Assembly (NCBI GenBank): GCA_035493355.1
Contig: DATJIJ010000110.1
Location: 1-63,047 of the forward strand
Source of the DNA: Candidatus Methylomirabilota bacterium
GTDB lineage: Bacteria > Chloroflexota > Limnocylindria > QHBO01
DNA length: 63,047 nt
Reading direction: 5' to 3'
This document shows, piece by piece, positions 42,579 to 52,072 of the stretch. The notes beneath the pieces were generated by a model that was not told where the DNA came from, did no database searches, and was given only the letters and a program-made list of their open reading frames with translations. Each line of letters opens with the position of its first letter. Within the stretch, counting starts at the first letter, position 1. A program made the translations under genes and the position numbers.

Positions 42579-42593
42579 TGGTCCTCCCTGGTG

Positions 42594-43778
42594 CTAGGTG
42601 GTTGCGCCCGCGGCGGCGTTCGCCAGGTCCGCGACGACGTCCTCCGGATCTTCGAGGCCGATCGAGACGCGAATCATCCCGGCGCTCAAACCCGCACTCG
42701 CCAGGTCGTCGTCGCTCATCTGGCGGTGCGAGGAGGACGCAGGGTGGCTGCACAGGGTTTCGACGGTGCCGAGGCTGGTCGCATGTACGGCGACCTCCAG
42801 CAGGTCGAGGAACCGCTCGCCGGCGGCGCGTCCACCGGTGACCTCGAGCGCCACCATCCCGCCCGCCATCCCCTCCCGCAATGTCCGGGCGGCAAGCTCG
42901 TGCTGCGGATGCGACGAAAGGCCGGGATAGCGGATGGCGGCGACGCCTGGGGCTCCTTCGAGCGCCTTCCCGACGGCCAGTGCATTCGAGCTGTGCCGGA
43001 CCATGCGCAGGGCCAGCGTCTTCAAACCGCGCAGGGCGAGGAACGCTTCCAGGGGCGCCGCATTGCCGCCGGCGTTGATGACGATCTCGCGCGCGCCATT
43101 CACCACTTCGGACCGGCCGAGGATGGCGCCGCCGGTCAGGTCGGAATGGCCGCCGATGTACTTCGTGGTGGAGTGCACCACCACGTCGGCCCCGAGGGCG
43201 AGGGGGTTGCACAGGAACGGAGAGGCGAACGTGTTGTCGACCGCGACCGCAACTCCGCGCTCATGGGCGAGCTCGCTGATGGCCGCGATGTCGGCCATCG
43301 CGGTCGTCGGGTTGCTAATCGTCTCCAGCCAGACCAGCCGAGTGCGCTCGGTGATCGCAGCGGCGACGGCGCCCGGATCCGTAGTGTCGACGGTGGTGGC
43401 GGTGATCCCGGACCGCGAGAGCACAGACCGCGCGAGGCCGATCACGCCGCCGTAGACGGCGCGCGGAATGATCAGCTCGTCGCCCGTACGGAGGAAGGAG
43501 AGGACCACACCGTGGATCGCGGCCATCCCCGAAGCGGTGACGTGGCAGGCCTCCGCGCCCTCGAGCTCGGCCAACGCGTCCTCGAGCGCGGCGTGAGTCG
43601 GGTTCGAATAGCGGCTGTACGAATGACCGGGTCGCGCGAACTCGAGGAGCTCGGCGAGCTCGAGAGCGCTGCCGACCTCGAAGGTGCTGGTCTGGTAGAT
43701 CGGGACGTTGACCGGCGCCTGTGGCGCTGCCGGGACACGGCTGGCGGCCTTGATGGCGCGAGTGGCGAAGCCCGGCAT
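42594..43778 (-). CDS. Cys/Met-metabolism PLP-dependent enzyme (cystathionine gamma-synthase/lyase or sulfhydrylase family)
   Basis: 394 aa. Motifs: YSRYSNPT, SGMAAI, HSTTKYIGGHSDLTGG (PLP lysine). Confidence 0.85.
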   Translation of the reverse strand: MPGFATRAIKAASRVPAAPQAPVNVPIYQTSTFEVGSALELAELLEFARPGHSYSRYSNPTHAALEDALAELEGAEACHVTASGMAAIHGVVLSFLRTGDELIIPRAVYGGVIGLARSVLSRSGITATTVDTTDPGAVAAAITERTRLVWLETISNPTTAMADIAAISELAHERGVAVAVDNTFASPFLCNPLALGADVVVHSTTKYIGGHSDLTGGAILGRSEVVNGAREIVINAGGNAAPLEAFLALRGLKTLALRMVRHSSNALAVGKALEGAPGVAAIRYPGLSSHPQHELAARTLREGMAGGMVALEVTGGRAAGERFLDLLEVAVHATSLGTVETLCSHPASSSHRQMSDDDLASAGLSAGMIRVSIGLEDPEDVVADLANAAAGATT

Positions 43779-43802
43779 GACCGAACGGAGTCTAGCGGTC
43801 GT

Positions 43803-45191
43803 CTACGGGCCGGGCGTAGGTTGCGGGGTGGGGATCGGCTCACCGGCCAGAACCATCGCACCCAGGGCATGGATGGCGTCCAGGTCCGGGATGAGGATGT
43901 AGCCGGCTGGCGAGAACGGGTCCGCGTGCATGTAGTCCGGCGGCTGGAGCACGACGCGTTGCAGCTGCGACATGTCCGCTGCCTGGATTGCGGAGGCGAG
44001 CTCCGCGAGCCGGGCGGATGGCACGTCAGTGGAGATCGTGTTCTTCACGGCGTCGAGGAGGCCCGGCAGGCCGATGAGCAGGTTGCCGGCGGTCAGCTTG
44101 TCCCTGATCGCGGTCAGCAGCTGCTGCTGACGATCGGCGCGGGTGAAGTCGCTGTCTCCCACCCCCTTGCGAGACCGGACGAACGCCAATGCCGTATGGC
44201 CGTTCATATGGTACGTCCCTGCCTTGAGGTGGAAGCCGATGAGGTGCCCCGCCTCGTCGATGTAGGTCGGGTCGTTGATCGCCCGCTCGACGGTGATGTC
44301 GACGCCGCCGATCGAGTCGACCGTCTGCTTGAAGCCGAGCATGTTGATCGCCGCGAAGTAGTGGATCTGCATCCCCAGCAGCTTCCCGATGGTCGCCTTC
44401 AGCGTGGCAACCCCGCCCAACGGGAACGCATCGGGCCGGGATCCCGCATAGACCATCAGCGAGTTCAGCTTGCGATTGAAGGGCGTCCCGTCCGGGAGCG
44501 GGACGCCGTAGAGGTCGCGCGGCACGGAGATCATGGCGGTGGCGGTGCCGTTGGTGTCGAGGCTCACGACGAGCATCGTGTCGGTGAGCGCCGTCGTCCG
44601 ACCCGGGCCGCTGTCGACCCCGACCAGGAGGATGTTGACGCGTTCCCCGTGAAGAACGTCCGGCTGACCCGACGGCTCCGACAACGACCCGATCCCGAAT
44701 CCATCATCGCCGCCCTGTCCGCCGAGGGCGACCGCCCCGAGGGTGTCGATCGCCTTGGCGGCGTAGTAGGCGGGGACGGCATGCATCGCCAGCGTCACGG
44801 CCACCAGGAGGCCCACCGCCCACGTCGCACCGCTGCGCGCCGCAGGTCGGGTCGCGTGGCCGTACGCCTGCAGGACCGCCACGAGGCGCCACGCAAGCAG
44901 CACCACGTCGAGGACGATCAGGCCGATCAGGAAGCGAATGTCGAAGAGCTTCGCGAGCACCTGCGAGGAGTCGAGGATGAGGATGCCCACGATTGCCGCG
45001 ACCAGGATCAGGATCGGGACGGCCAGCAGCCACGCCAGCCCCGCCTCCCCGTTGTAGGCCTGGCCGAGGCCGGGGAAGAGGAACGATAGGAACGCCGCGA
45101 GCCACGCTCGCGGTCGGGACGGCGGCGGGCCGTAGTGCTGTGCGGGGGATTGGTCCACCCGACAATGGTGCCACGGCTGCGACCGGAGCAA
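43803..45191 (-). CDS. LCP (LytR-CpsA-Psr) family glycopolymer-peptidoglycan ligase
   Basis: N-terminal membrane part with FLFPGLGQAY. LCP core: RVNILLVGVDSGPGRTTALTDTMLVVSLD ... SVPRDLYGVPLPDG. The start is ambiguous (TTG 45191 or GTG 45158). Confidence 0.85.
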   Translation of the reverse strand: MLRSQPWHHCRVDQSPAQHYGPPPSRPRAWLAAFLSFLFPGLGQAYNGEAGLAWLLAVPILILVAAIVGILILDSSQVLAKLFDIRFLIGLIVLDVVLLAWRLVAVLQAYGHATRPAARSGATWAVGLLVAVTLAMHAVPAYYAAKAIDTLGAVALGGQGGDDGFGIGSLSEPSGQPDVLHGERVNILLVGVDSGPGRTTALTDTMLVVSLDTNGTATAMISVPRDLYGVPLPDGTPFNRKLNSLMVYAGSRPDAFPLGGVATLKATIGKLLGMQIHYFAAINMLGFKQTVDSIGGVDITVERAINDPTYIDEAGHLIGFHLKAGTYHMNGHTALAFVRSRKGVGDSDFTRADRQQQLLTAIRDKLTAGNLLIGLPGLLDAVKNTISTDVPSARLAELASAIQAADMSQLQRVVLQPPDYMHADPFSPAGYILIPDLDAIHALGAMVLAGEPIPTPQPTPGP

Positions 45192-45208
45192 CCGGGTAGG
45201 ATCTGGCG

Positions 45209-46345
45209 ATGCAGTTCCTGCGTCGCTTCAGCCGCGTCCAGATCGCGGCGGGGGCGGCGATCGCGCTCCTGATCGTGGTCCTGGTGGCCTGGCTCGTGAT
45301 CGGTGGAGTGCTGGCGCCCGAGCCCACCCCGACCCCGTCGCCCACGCCGTCGCCGACCGCCACGCCGTCGCCGACTCCCAGCCCGAGCCCGTCGCCGTCA
45401 GCGACGCCCGAACTCGCAGTCTGCCCGCTGAGCGGCCTCCCGCTGGACGACCCGCTGGTGCTCGATCGAGTCGCGATTGCGGTCCAGATCGAGAACCATC
45501 CGCTGGCCCGCCCGGCACGCAACCTCTCGAACGCCGACATGGTGGTCGAGGCCCCGGTCGAGGGCGACACGACCCGATTCAGCGGCATCTTCCTGTGCCA
45601 TCCGACGGTGGGGCTGACCGGGCCGATCCGCAGCGCGCGCTACTACGAGATCGACCTGTGGCAGGACCTCGGCGTCCTTCCGGTCGGCTTCGGGGCGAGC
45701 GGTGGCGCACTGTCGCGCTTCGCCGCGGCGGGAATGCCGTACGTGAACGGGATCACCGGGTCATGGCCCTGGTTCCGGAGGGCCGGGACGAATCCGGCTC
45801 CGCACAACCTCTACGGCGACCTGGAGGCACTGCGCGCGGCCATCGGCCAGGGCGGCGCGATCGACCGGCAGGTGGCGCTGGTCCACCCGCTGCGTCCATG
45901 GTTCACCTTCGACGAGGACGTGGTGCTACCGGCCGGACGACCCATCACGGCGCTGGAGATTCGAACGAACAGCTACTGGCGCATCGGCTGGAAGGCGAAC
46001 GAGGACGGGAGCTGGACGCGTCAGGATGCACGCAAGACGGTGATCGACGAGGTGACCGGCGATCCGCTCACCGCGGTGAGCGTCATCGTGCAGCGCGTGA
46101 CCCAGGAGGTCGTTCTGGGCGACCCGGATCCCGGTGGCAACTCACGCCGGCTGCAGCACCTTGTCGGTGAGGGCGACGGGACCCTCTACGTTCGCGGCAG
46201 GGCGATCGACCTGCACTGGTCACGGCCGACGGCCGCGGACGGGACGCGATGGACCTACGCGGACAGCGGTGAGCCGGTCGTCCTCCCGCCCGGGGTCGTC
46301 TGGTGGGAGATCGTGCCGATCACGGCGGGGCTGACCGAGTCCTAG
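45209..46345 (+). CDS. DUF3048-domain secreted/anchored protein
   Basis: N-terminal TM, then a Pro/Thr/Ser linker. The DUF3048-like core is CPLSGLPLDDPLVLDRVAIAVQIENHPLARP ... MVVEAPVEGDTTRFSGIF. Confidence 0.7.
   Translation: MQFLRRFSRVQIAAGAAIALLIVVLVAWLVIGGVLAPEPTPTPSPTPSPTATPSPTPSPSPSPSATPELAVCPLSGLPLDDPLVLDRVAIAVQIENHPLARPARNLSNADMVVEAPVEGDTTRFSGIFLCHPTVGLTGPIRSARYYEIDLWQDLGVLPVGFGASGGALSRFAAAGMPYVNGITGSWPWFRRAGTNPAPHNLYGDLEALRAAIGQGGAIDRQVALVHPLRPWFTFDEDVVLPAGRPITALEIRTNSYWRIGWKANEDGSWTRQDARKTVIDEVTGDPLTAVSVIVQRVTQEVVLGDPDPGGNSRRLQHLVGEGDGTLYVRGRAIDLHWSRPTAADGTRWTYADSGEPVVLPPGVVWWEIVPITAGLTES
45343..45378 (+). repeat. imperfect 18-bp tandem duplication inside the P/T/S-linker coding region
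   Basis: cacgccgtcgccgaccgc followed by cacgccgtcgccgactcc (16/18 identical). It encodes TPSPTA/TPSPTP within EPTPTPSPTPSPTATPSPTPSPSPSPSATPE. Confidence 0.7.
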
Positions 46346-47868
46346 GAGCTGCGGTCGCGATCTGCCCGCGTCGTGGTCGGGCTCGAGAGGAAGGCATCCA
46401 TCGCCCGACGGATCTGGTGGTCTGGATCCATGTTGCGTCGCGCGGCTGCGATGTGGCGTCGGACGTCAGCCGGGTCGGGCTCATCCTCGCCATGCGGATC
46501 GTGGTTCGCGCCGTTGGTCGGCGCCGCCTCGACCGTGAACGCCTTCGCCGCCGGCGCGGGCGGGGTGAGCGTTGGCTCGGAGATCCGTTCCGCCGCCTCG
46601 ACGACGGGCGGCGTCGCAATCTCGGCAGCCACCTTCTCGGCGATGGGCTCGTCGGGCGCGGCCAGGAGCTTGGCGGCAACGCGACGCGGGCGTGGATTGC
46701 CGCTGATCTGGTTCTTGCCGAGGGACTTCGCCTGGTACATCGCCCGGTCGGCCGCGACCATCAGCTCCTCGGCGGAGAGCCCGTCCTCCGGGTGCGACAC
46801 CAGGCCGATGCTCACGCTCGTGGCGGCGCTATCGGTCCCGAGCGCATCGCCGATCTGCTCGACACCTTCCCTGATCTTCTCGGCCACCACGTACGCCCCG
46901 ATGAACTCGGTCTCGGGGAGGAGGACGAGGAATTCGTCGCCGCCGTAGCGATAGGCCGAGTCCACCGTCCGGATCGACCCGTTGATGACCCGTCCCACCG
47001 AGCGGAGCACCTCGTCACCGCGCAGGTGACCGAGCGAGTCGTTGATCGCCTTGAGCCCGTCGAGGTCGATCATCAGGACGCAGAAGCCGCGGCTGCTGCG
47101 TCGGGTTCGCTGGACCTCCTGCTCGAGGGTCGGGAAGAGGGCGCCCCGGTTGAAGAGGCCCGTGAGCGGATCGGTCTGTGAGAGCTCCAGCACCTTCGCC
47201 CGCACGCGTCGCTCCGAGCCGGCGTAGACACCCGCCAGGTATGCGAGCAGCCAGATCGAGCCGAGGTTGATCGCCACTCGCAGCAGCTCGAGACCGTTGG
47301 CGGTCAAGCCCCCATCGGCCAGGAGCTGGCCGACGTAGGCGAGCGAGACGGCGGCGGTGACCAGGATCGCCAGGCGGCTCCCCATGGTGAGGGCGGCGGC
47401 GACGACCAGCAGGTGGTAGGTGAAGACGAATGGCGAGGTGGCCCTGCCGGTCAGCCAGACCAGCCCCGTGGCCAGCGCGAGCGCGGCGACCACCTCGATG
47501 GCCACCGCGGTCCGGCCGCGCCAGCGTCGCGGCAGCATCTCGTGCAGGACGACGACGATCAGGACCGCACTTCCGCCAAGGGCGTAGATCGCGGACCGGT
47601 TCTCGGCGAATGCGTTCGAGATGCCGATCCCGACCAGCACGCCGGCAATGGCGACCCACCACACCACGCGCACCACGGCCTCGTGCGACGGCGTCAGCGG
47701 AAGTGAATCGGCCGGCAGCTCAGCAGCCTTCGCGTCGAGTCTCGAGCCGGGGACTCCGGTCCAATCGCCCCACCCTCGGAGCACCGCAACGAGCGCTCCC
47801 AAGCCGACGAGCCCAGCTAGCCCGCCGGTGACGAGGATGAAGATCAGTTCGGTGGACACATTCCTCAC
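46342..47868 (-). CDS. membrane-anchored diguanylate cyclase (GGDEF)
   Basis: 6-7 N-terminal TM spans. GGDEF domain: DPLTGLFNRGAL ... VLMIDLDGLKAINDSLGHLRGDEVL ... YRYGGDEFLVLL. The C-terminal tail is low-complexity. Confidence 0.85.
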   Translation of the reverse strand: MRNVSTELIFILVTGGLAGLVGLGALVAVLRGWGDWTGVPGSRLDAKAAELPADSLPLTPSHEAVVRVVWWVAIAGVLVGIGISNAFAENRSAIYALGGSAVLIVVVLHEMLPRRWRGRTAVAIEVVAALALATGLVWLTGRATSPFVFTYHLLVVAAALTMGSRLAILVTAAVSLAYVGQLLADGGLTANGLELLRVAINLGSIWLLAYLAGVYAGSERRVRAKVLELSQTDPLTGLFNRGALFPTLEQEVQRTRRSSRGFCVLMIDLDGLKAINDSLGHLRGDEVLRSVGRVINGSIRTVDSAYRYGGDEFLVLLPETEFIGAYVVAEKIREGVEQIGDALGTDSAATSVSIGLVSHPEDGLSAEELMVAADRAMYQAKSLGKNQISGNPRPRRVAAKLLAAPDEPIAEKVAAEIATPPVVEAAERISEPTLTPPAPAAKAFTVEAAPTNGANHDPHGEDEPDPADVRRHIAAARRNMDPDHQIRRAMDAFLSSPTTTRADRDRSS

Positions 47869-47997
47869 TCAGGCGCTTCGTGGGGCCGGATCGCGCCTGC
47901 AAATACCGCTGACCCGCCTGTGGCTAGTCTAGGGGGTCGAGCGAGATACGCGCAAAGGTACTAACCGCACCGGAACGACCTTCCGTGGCGTCGGAGC

Positions 47998-48007
47998 ACC
48001 ACGTGGT
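47998..48007. promoter_or_regulatory. 10-bp palindrome in the divergent GGDEF / LCP promoter region
   Basis: ACCACGTGGT is perfectly self-complementary. It lies 21 bp before the TTG at 48028. Confidence 0.3.
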
Positions 48008-48027
48008 CGCAAGGTACCGGGGGGTTC

Positions 48028-49515
48028 TTGCTACGATGGCGGCCCCCAACGGGACACTCAGCTCGCTTCGAGGTGCCCACGACGCATCCCCCGCCACGCA
48101 ACGCCGGCCTGGCAGCGCTCCTGTCGTTCTTCGTTCCCGGGCTGGGACAGGCATACGCCGGCCGGCGTCGGGCGGCCGTCGCATTCGCGGCGCCGGTGGT
48201 GCTGCTCGTCCTCGGCCTGCTTATCGCACGCCTCCTCCTCATCGACCACCTGCGCAACGACCTCCTCTCCGCCACCTTCCTGACCGCCGCCCTGCTCGTG
48301 AACATCGGCCTGATGGGATGGCGTCTGCTGGCGATCATCCACGCCGGCCTGGTCGCGCGGCCCTCGGTGCTCGATCGCGCCACCCCGCACCGCGCGATGT
48401 CCATCGTCCTCGTCGCCGTGCTCCTGGCGACGACGGTCGGGATGCACGCGTTCGCAGGCTCACTGCTCAGCAGCCTGAACAGCACGCTCGCCGACATCTT
48501 CGGCGGCGAGGTCCCCGGCGCCTCGGGCGGGCCTGGGCCCGGACCCCTCAACCAGCCGGCGTACCGATGGGACGGCACCGAGCGGATCACCTTCCTGCTG
48601 CTGGGGATCGATTCCGGCGTTGGCCGCCAGGAGGCCAATACGGACACGATCCTGGTCGTGAGCGTCGATCCGGTGGCGCGCACTGCGGTGATGGTGTCGG
48701 TGCCGCGCGACACCGGCTTCGTCCCGCTGCCGGACCGGAGCGTCTACCCCGACGGGGTCTACCAAAAGAAGATCAACGAGCTGTCAACCGAGGCAAGCGA
48801 ATCGCCGTCGCGCTGGTGCCCCGACCTGCCGTCCGGCGTCACGACCGCTTGCGGGCTGCGGACCCTGGAGCGAGCGATCGGCCTCTACCTGGGCGTGCCG
48901 ATCCAGTTCTACGCGACGGTCGACCTGCAGGGGTTCGTGGACCTCATCGACGCCGTCGGCGGGGTGACGCTCTGCCTCGCCGGCAAGATGATCGACCCTG
49001 AGTACGGCGGCCCAACCTGGGTGGGGACCGGGATCGAGCTGCCAGCGGGCTGCCAGCAGTACGACGGCGTCCATGCCCTCGCCTATGCACGAATCAGGAA
49101 GGGCTGGATCGAGCTTCCGGATGGCACGCGCGAGCAGCAGAACGACTTCAAGCGAGCGGAGCGCCAGCAGACGCTCCTGCTGGAGCTGCGACGGCAATTC
49201 GCGCAGGCCGACCTGATCTTCGGGCTCCCCGCGCTCCTGGCGGCAACGGGTCGCACCGTCGAGACCGACTTCCCGCGATCGCTGGCGGGAGACCTGGCCA
49301 GCCTCCTCCCCCTCGTGGCCGGGCCTGACATCGAGCGGGTCGTGCTGTCGTGGCCCGACTTCGTCGACCTCCCGACGCAGCCGCTGGTGAACTACCTGCT
49401 GATCCCGCGCCGCGACGACGTCCGGGACGAGATGGAGCGTCTCTTCGGCCCGGACCTGCAAGGGTGGTACGTTGGCTCGACGGCGGATGGACCACCCGGC
49501 GGGAGCTCCCCGTAG
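48028..49515 (+). CDS. LCP (LytR-CpsA-Psr) family glycopolymer-peptidoglycan ligase, second copy
   Basis: Same N-terminal motif as copy 1 (LSFFVPGLGQAYAG). Core: RITFLLLGIDSGVGRQEANTDTILVVSVD ... SVPRDTGFVPLPD. The start is TTG 48028 or GTG 48073. Confidence 0.85.
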   Translation: MLRWRPPTGHSARFEVPTTHPPPRNAGLAALLSFFVPGLGQAYAGRRRAAVAFAAPVVLLVLGLLIARLLLIDHLRNDLLSATFLTAALLVNIGLMGWRLLAIIHAGLVARPSVLDRATPHRAMSIVLVAVLLATTVGMHAFAGSLLSSLNSTLADIFGGEVPGASGGPGPGPLNQPAYRWDGTERITFLLLGIDSGVGRQEANTDTILVVSVDPVARTAVMVSVPRDTGFVPLPDRSVYPDGVYQKKINELSTEASESPSRWCPDLPSGVTTACGLRTLERAIGLYLGVPIQFYATVDLQGFVDLIDAVGGVTLCLAGKMIDPEYGGPTWVGTGIELPAGCQQYDGVHALAYARIRKGWIELPDGTREQQNDFKRAERQQTLLLELRRQFAQADLIFGLPALLAATGRTVETDFPRSLAGDLASLLPLVAGPDIERVVLSWPDFVDLPTQPLVNYLLIPRRDDVRDEMERLFGPDLQGWYVGSTADGPPGGSSP

Positions 49516-50576
49516 TGGCTGAACGACCGAGGGTGCTCCTCCTCTCCATGTATCCGCTTGACCGCGGCCTCTGGGGAGCCACCACGCGCATCACCCAGCT
49601 GCGCGACGCGCTCTCCCGACGGGTCGAGCTGGACGTCATTGCAGGGACGCGCACTGCTCGAGGCGCGGTGCTGGCCCGCTACCTTGCCGCCGGAAAGCTG
49701 CGGGGGCTGGCCGGCATCTACGTGGAGAACTCGACGACCCTGCCTGGGCCCCTCGACCTCGCGTTCCTCGCGGTTGCCCGCGCGCGACGGATCCCGATCC
49801 TGACGTACGTCCGGGATGCCCAGCAGCTCTTCCCCGAGTACTACGCCGCCAATACCCCGAAGCGACGCGCCTCGCGGGCGCTCTTCATCCCCGCCACGCG
49901 CGCACTGATCGCGGTGTCGACCATTGCCGCCTTTCCGTCTCGTGGCCTGGCGGTGGCAGTGCTCGGTGAGGGACGGCGGGCCCAGGCGGCTCCGCTGCTG
50001 CCCCCCGGCTCGAGATTGGCGAACGGCGGTCCGATCAACCCGGCTGCACGCGCGCTGCTCTTCGTGGGAGGCCTGCGCTATCCCGCCCACGGCGGCGCGA
50101 TCCTGCTCGACGCGATGGAGCTGGCCAATGCGCGCTCGAGCAACCTCGAGCTGATCTGCGTCTCGCGGCCGGGCGAGGAAGCATCCGGTCCCCGGGCCCC
50201 CTGGCTGCGCGTCGTGCGGGCCGAAGGCCGAGAGATCGACGAACTGCTCCCCGACGTGCTGGCGAGCATCACGCCCCGCCGCAAGACCCCGTATAACGAC
50301 CTAGCGGTGCCGATCAAGGTGATGGAATACCTGGGCTACGGGCGTCCGCTGATCGTGACGGACACGACCGAGACTGCCGCCATCGTGCGCGCCGCAGACT
50401 GCGGGATCGTCGTCCCGGACACGGTGGAGGGGCTGGCTGAAGGCATCGCGGCCATGGCCAGTGCTCCAGCGGAGCAGCTCGTGCGCTGGGGCGAGGCCGC
50501 CCGCGCGGCGGCAGTCGCACATTCGTGGGACGCCCGAGCCGCCAGGGTCCTGGAGCTGCTCGGAGTCGCCGGGTGA
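49515..50576 (+). CDS. GT-B fold glycosyltransferase (GT4-like)
   Basis: ORF 49350..50576 trimmed to GTG 49515 (TAGTG junction with the LCP stop). N-terminus PRVLLLSMYPLDRG. C-terminal PIKVMEYLGYGRPLIVTD (E-x7-E-like). Confidence 0.65.
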   Translation: MAERPRVLLLSMYPLDRGLWGATTRITQLRDALSRRVELDVIAGTRTARGAVLARYLAAGKLRGLAGIYVENSTTLPGPLDLAFLAVARARRIPILTYVRDAQQLFPEYYAANTPKRRASRALFIPATRALIAVSTIAAFPSRGLAVAVLGEGRRAQAAPLLPPGSRLANGGPINPAARALLFVGGLRYPAHGGAILLDAMELANARSSNLELICVSRPGEEASGPRAPWLRVVRAEGREIDELLPDVLASITPRRKTPYNDLAVPIKVMEYLGYGRPLIVTDTTETAAIVRAADCGIVVPDTVEGLAEGIAAMASAPAEQLVRWGEAARAAAVAHSWDARAARVLELLGVAG

Positions 50577-52072
50577 GCGCCATGCCGGCCACCCGTGGGC
50601 AGCTCCCCATCGCGGCCCTCGCCATGGGAGCGGGCATGATCGCCACCGTCCTGGTGGGAATCGTTGGATCACACCTGCAGATCTGGATCTTCATGGCGGC
50701 GGCCGGTCTCCTCGTCGCGGAGGCCGCCGTCGCGAGCCTCCTCTGGCCCCGTGCGATCCTGGTCGGGGTAGTCCTGAGCCCGATCCTCGATCGGTACGTC
50801 GTGCCGGGCCTGCTGCCGCCGGACGCCGAGAAGCTCGCCCACCTGCTCTCCGAGGCGTTGCTGCTTGCGGTCGGGACGGCCCTCCTTTCGAAAGCTGCCC
50901 GGCATGCATCGCTGCGAGAGGCGTTTGACCACGGCACGGTCCGGTTCGCCGTCGCCTTCGTGGTGCTGGGCGGCGTGTCGGCGCTGGTGAATGCGGTCCC
51001 CATCGGCCAGGCGCTGGCAGGAATCGCGTTCATCGTCGACGCGGTCGCCCTCTTCGTCCTGGCGCGGCTGGTGGGCTTCGACGCTCGGCAAGCGCTGATC
51101 GCCATCCTCGTGCTGCTGGGCCTCGTCCTCGCGGGGGCGCTGATCGCGATCGCCCAGGCACTCATCACGCCGCATCTGTTCGGCCTGTCGGCGCTGCGCG
51201 GGCGGTTCGGCGAGCTGTACCGGCTGGCCGCGTTCTTCGGTGACCCGAACGTCTTCGCGGCGTTCCTTTCCGCTGCGGTTCCATTCGCGCTCTTCGGCAT
51301 CACCGGCCTGAAGACGAAGCGTGGCCGCCGCATCGCGCTGCTCACATCGTTCCTTCTGATCCTGGCCCTGTGGCTCTCCTTCTCGCGCGGCGGGTGGCTG
51401 GGGGCGGTCGGTGGCTTTGCGGTCGCCGCGCTGTTCATCGACCATCGGCCGATGCGCATCGCGGCGCTTGTGGTCGCCGTCGCGTTGGTGGTCGCACTGA
51501 CGATGCCGCGGAACCTCCTCTGCCCGAGCTGCCAGAGAGAGGGGGATCTGGTGGGGTCGACCATCGGCCGCATCGGCACGGTTGGCGGGGGCAGGGATCT
51601 GCGCGTCCTCTTCATCCTCAATGGGCTGCCGATCCTGGCAGACCATCCCCTGCTGGGCGTCGGCCCCGGGAGATTCGGCGGGGCAGCCGCCGACCTGTAC
51701 GGGACACCGGTCTATGCGGCCTACGGGACCGACAAGCTCTTCACCAGCGCGTCCCAGCGCACGGTCGACGACTTCTGGCTGCACCTCGCGGTTGAATTCG
51801 GGGTCCTGGGACTGATCGCCTACCTTGCGATGGTGGCAGCCGTGCTGCGCCAGATCATGCGGGCCGCACGCTCAGCCGCCTGGGGGCGCCGCGTTGCACT
51901 GGCCGGGATCAGCGGTGCCGTCATCGGCCTGTCGATCAACGGGTTCACCACGATGCTGCTCGAGGCGAACAGCGTTGCCTTCCTGTTCTGGTTCCTGCTC
52001 GGGATCGGCTCGCAGCTGGCCCGCGGGCCCGACGCGCAGGCGAATGTCCCGGCGATTGAGGCCGCGGCCTAG
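50573..52072 (+). CDS. Wzy_C (O-antigen ligase/polymerase) family membrane protein, second copy
   Basis: GTG 50573 (GTGA overlap) or ATG 50582. Multi-TM. Motif: LALWLSFSRGGWLGAVGGFAVAALF. Confidence 0.75.
   Translation: MSAMPATRGQLPIAALAMGAGMIATVLVGIVGSHLQIWIFMAAAGLLVAEAAVASLLWPRAILVGVVLSPILDRYVVPGLLPPDAEKLAHLLSEALLLAVGTALLSKAARHASLREAFDHGTVRFAVAFVVLGGVSALVNAVPIGQALAGIAFIVDAVALFVLARLVGFDARQALIAILVLLGLVLAGALIAIAQALITPHLFGLSALRGRFGELYRLAAFFGDPNVFAAFLSAAVPFALFGITGLKTKRGRRIALLTSFLLILALWLSFSRGGWLGAVGGFAVAALFIDHRPMRIAALVVAVALVVALTMPRNLLCPSCQREGDLVGSTIGRIGTVGGGRDLRVLFILNGLPILADHPLLGVGPGRFGGAAADLYGTPVYAAYGTDKLFTSASQRTVDDFWLHLAVEFGVLGLIAYLAMVAAVLRQIMRAARSAAWGRRVALAGISGAVIGLSINGFTTMLLEANSVAFLFWFLLGIGSQLARGPDAQANVPAIEAAA

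Noticed and set aside
40956-45089. 1377-aa ORF on the plus strand, the longest ORF in the window
   Set aside because: It runs exactly antisense to three minus-strand genes with clear family signatures (ResB-like, Cys/Met PLP enzyme with its PLP-lysine motif, LCP ligase). Its translation is Arg/Gly/Ala/Asp/Glu-rich low-complexity sequence with no motif. Long stop-free antisense frames are expected in roughly 70 % GC DNA. It is a shadow ORF, not a giant protein.
47941-48027. c-di-GMP (GEMM-type) riboswitch in front of the LCP operon, suggested by CGCAAAGG/GCAAGG elements next to a GGDEF gene
   Set aside because: I could not fold the two-hairpin GEMM architecture with its tetraloop/receptor features from this sequence. 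The stems are short and the resemblance is limited to a GCAA(A)G string.
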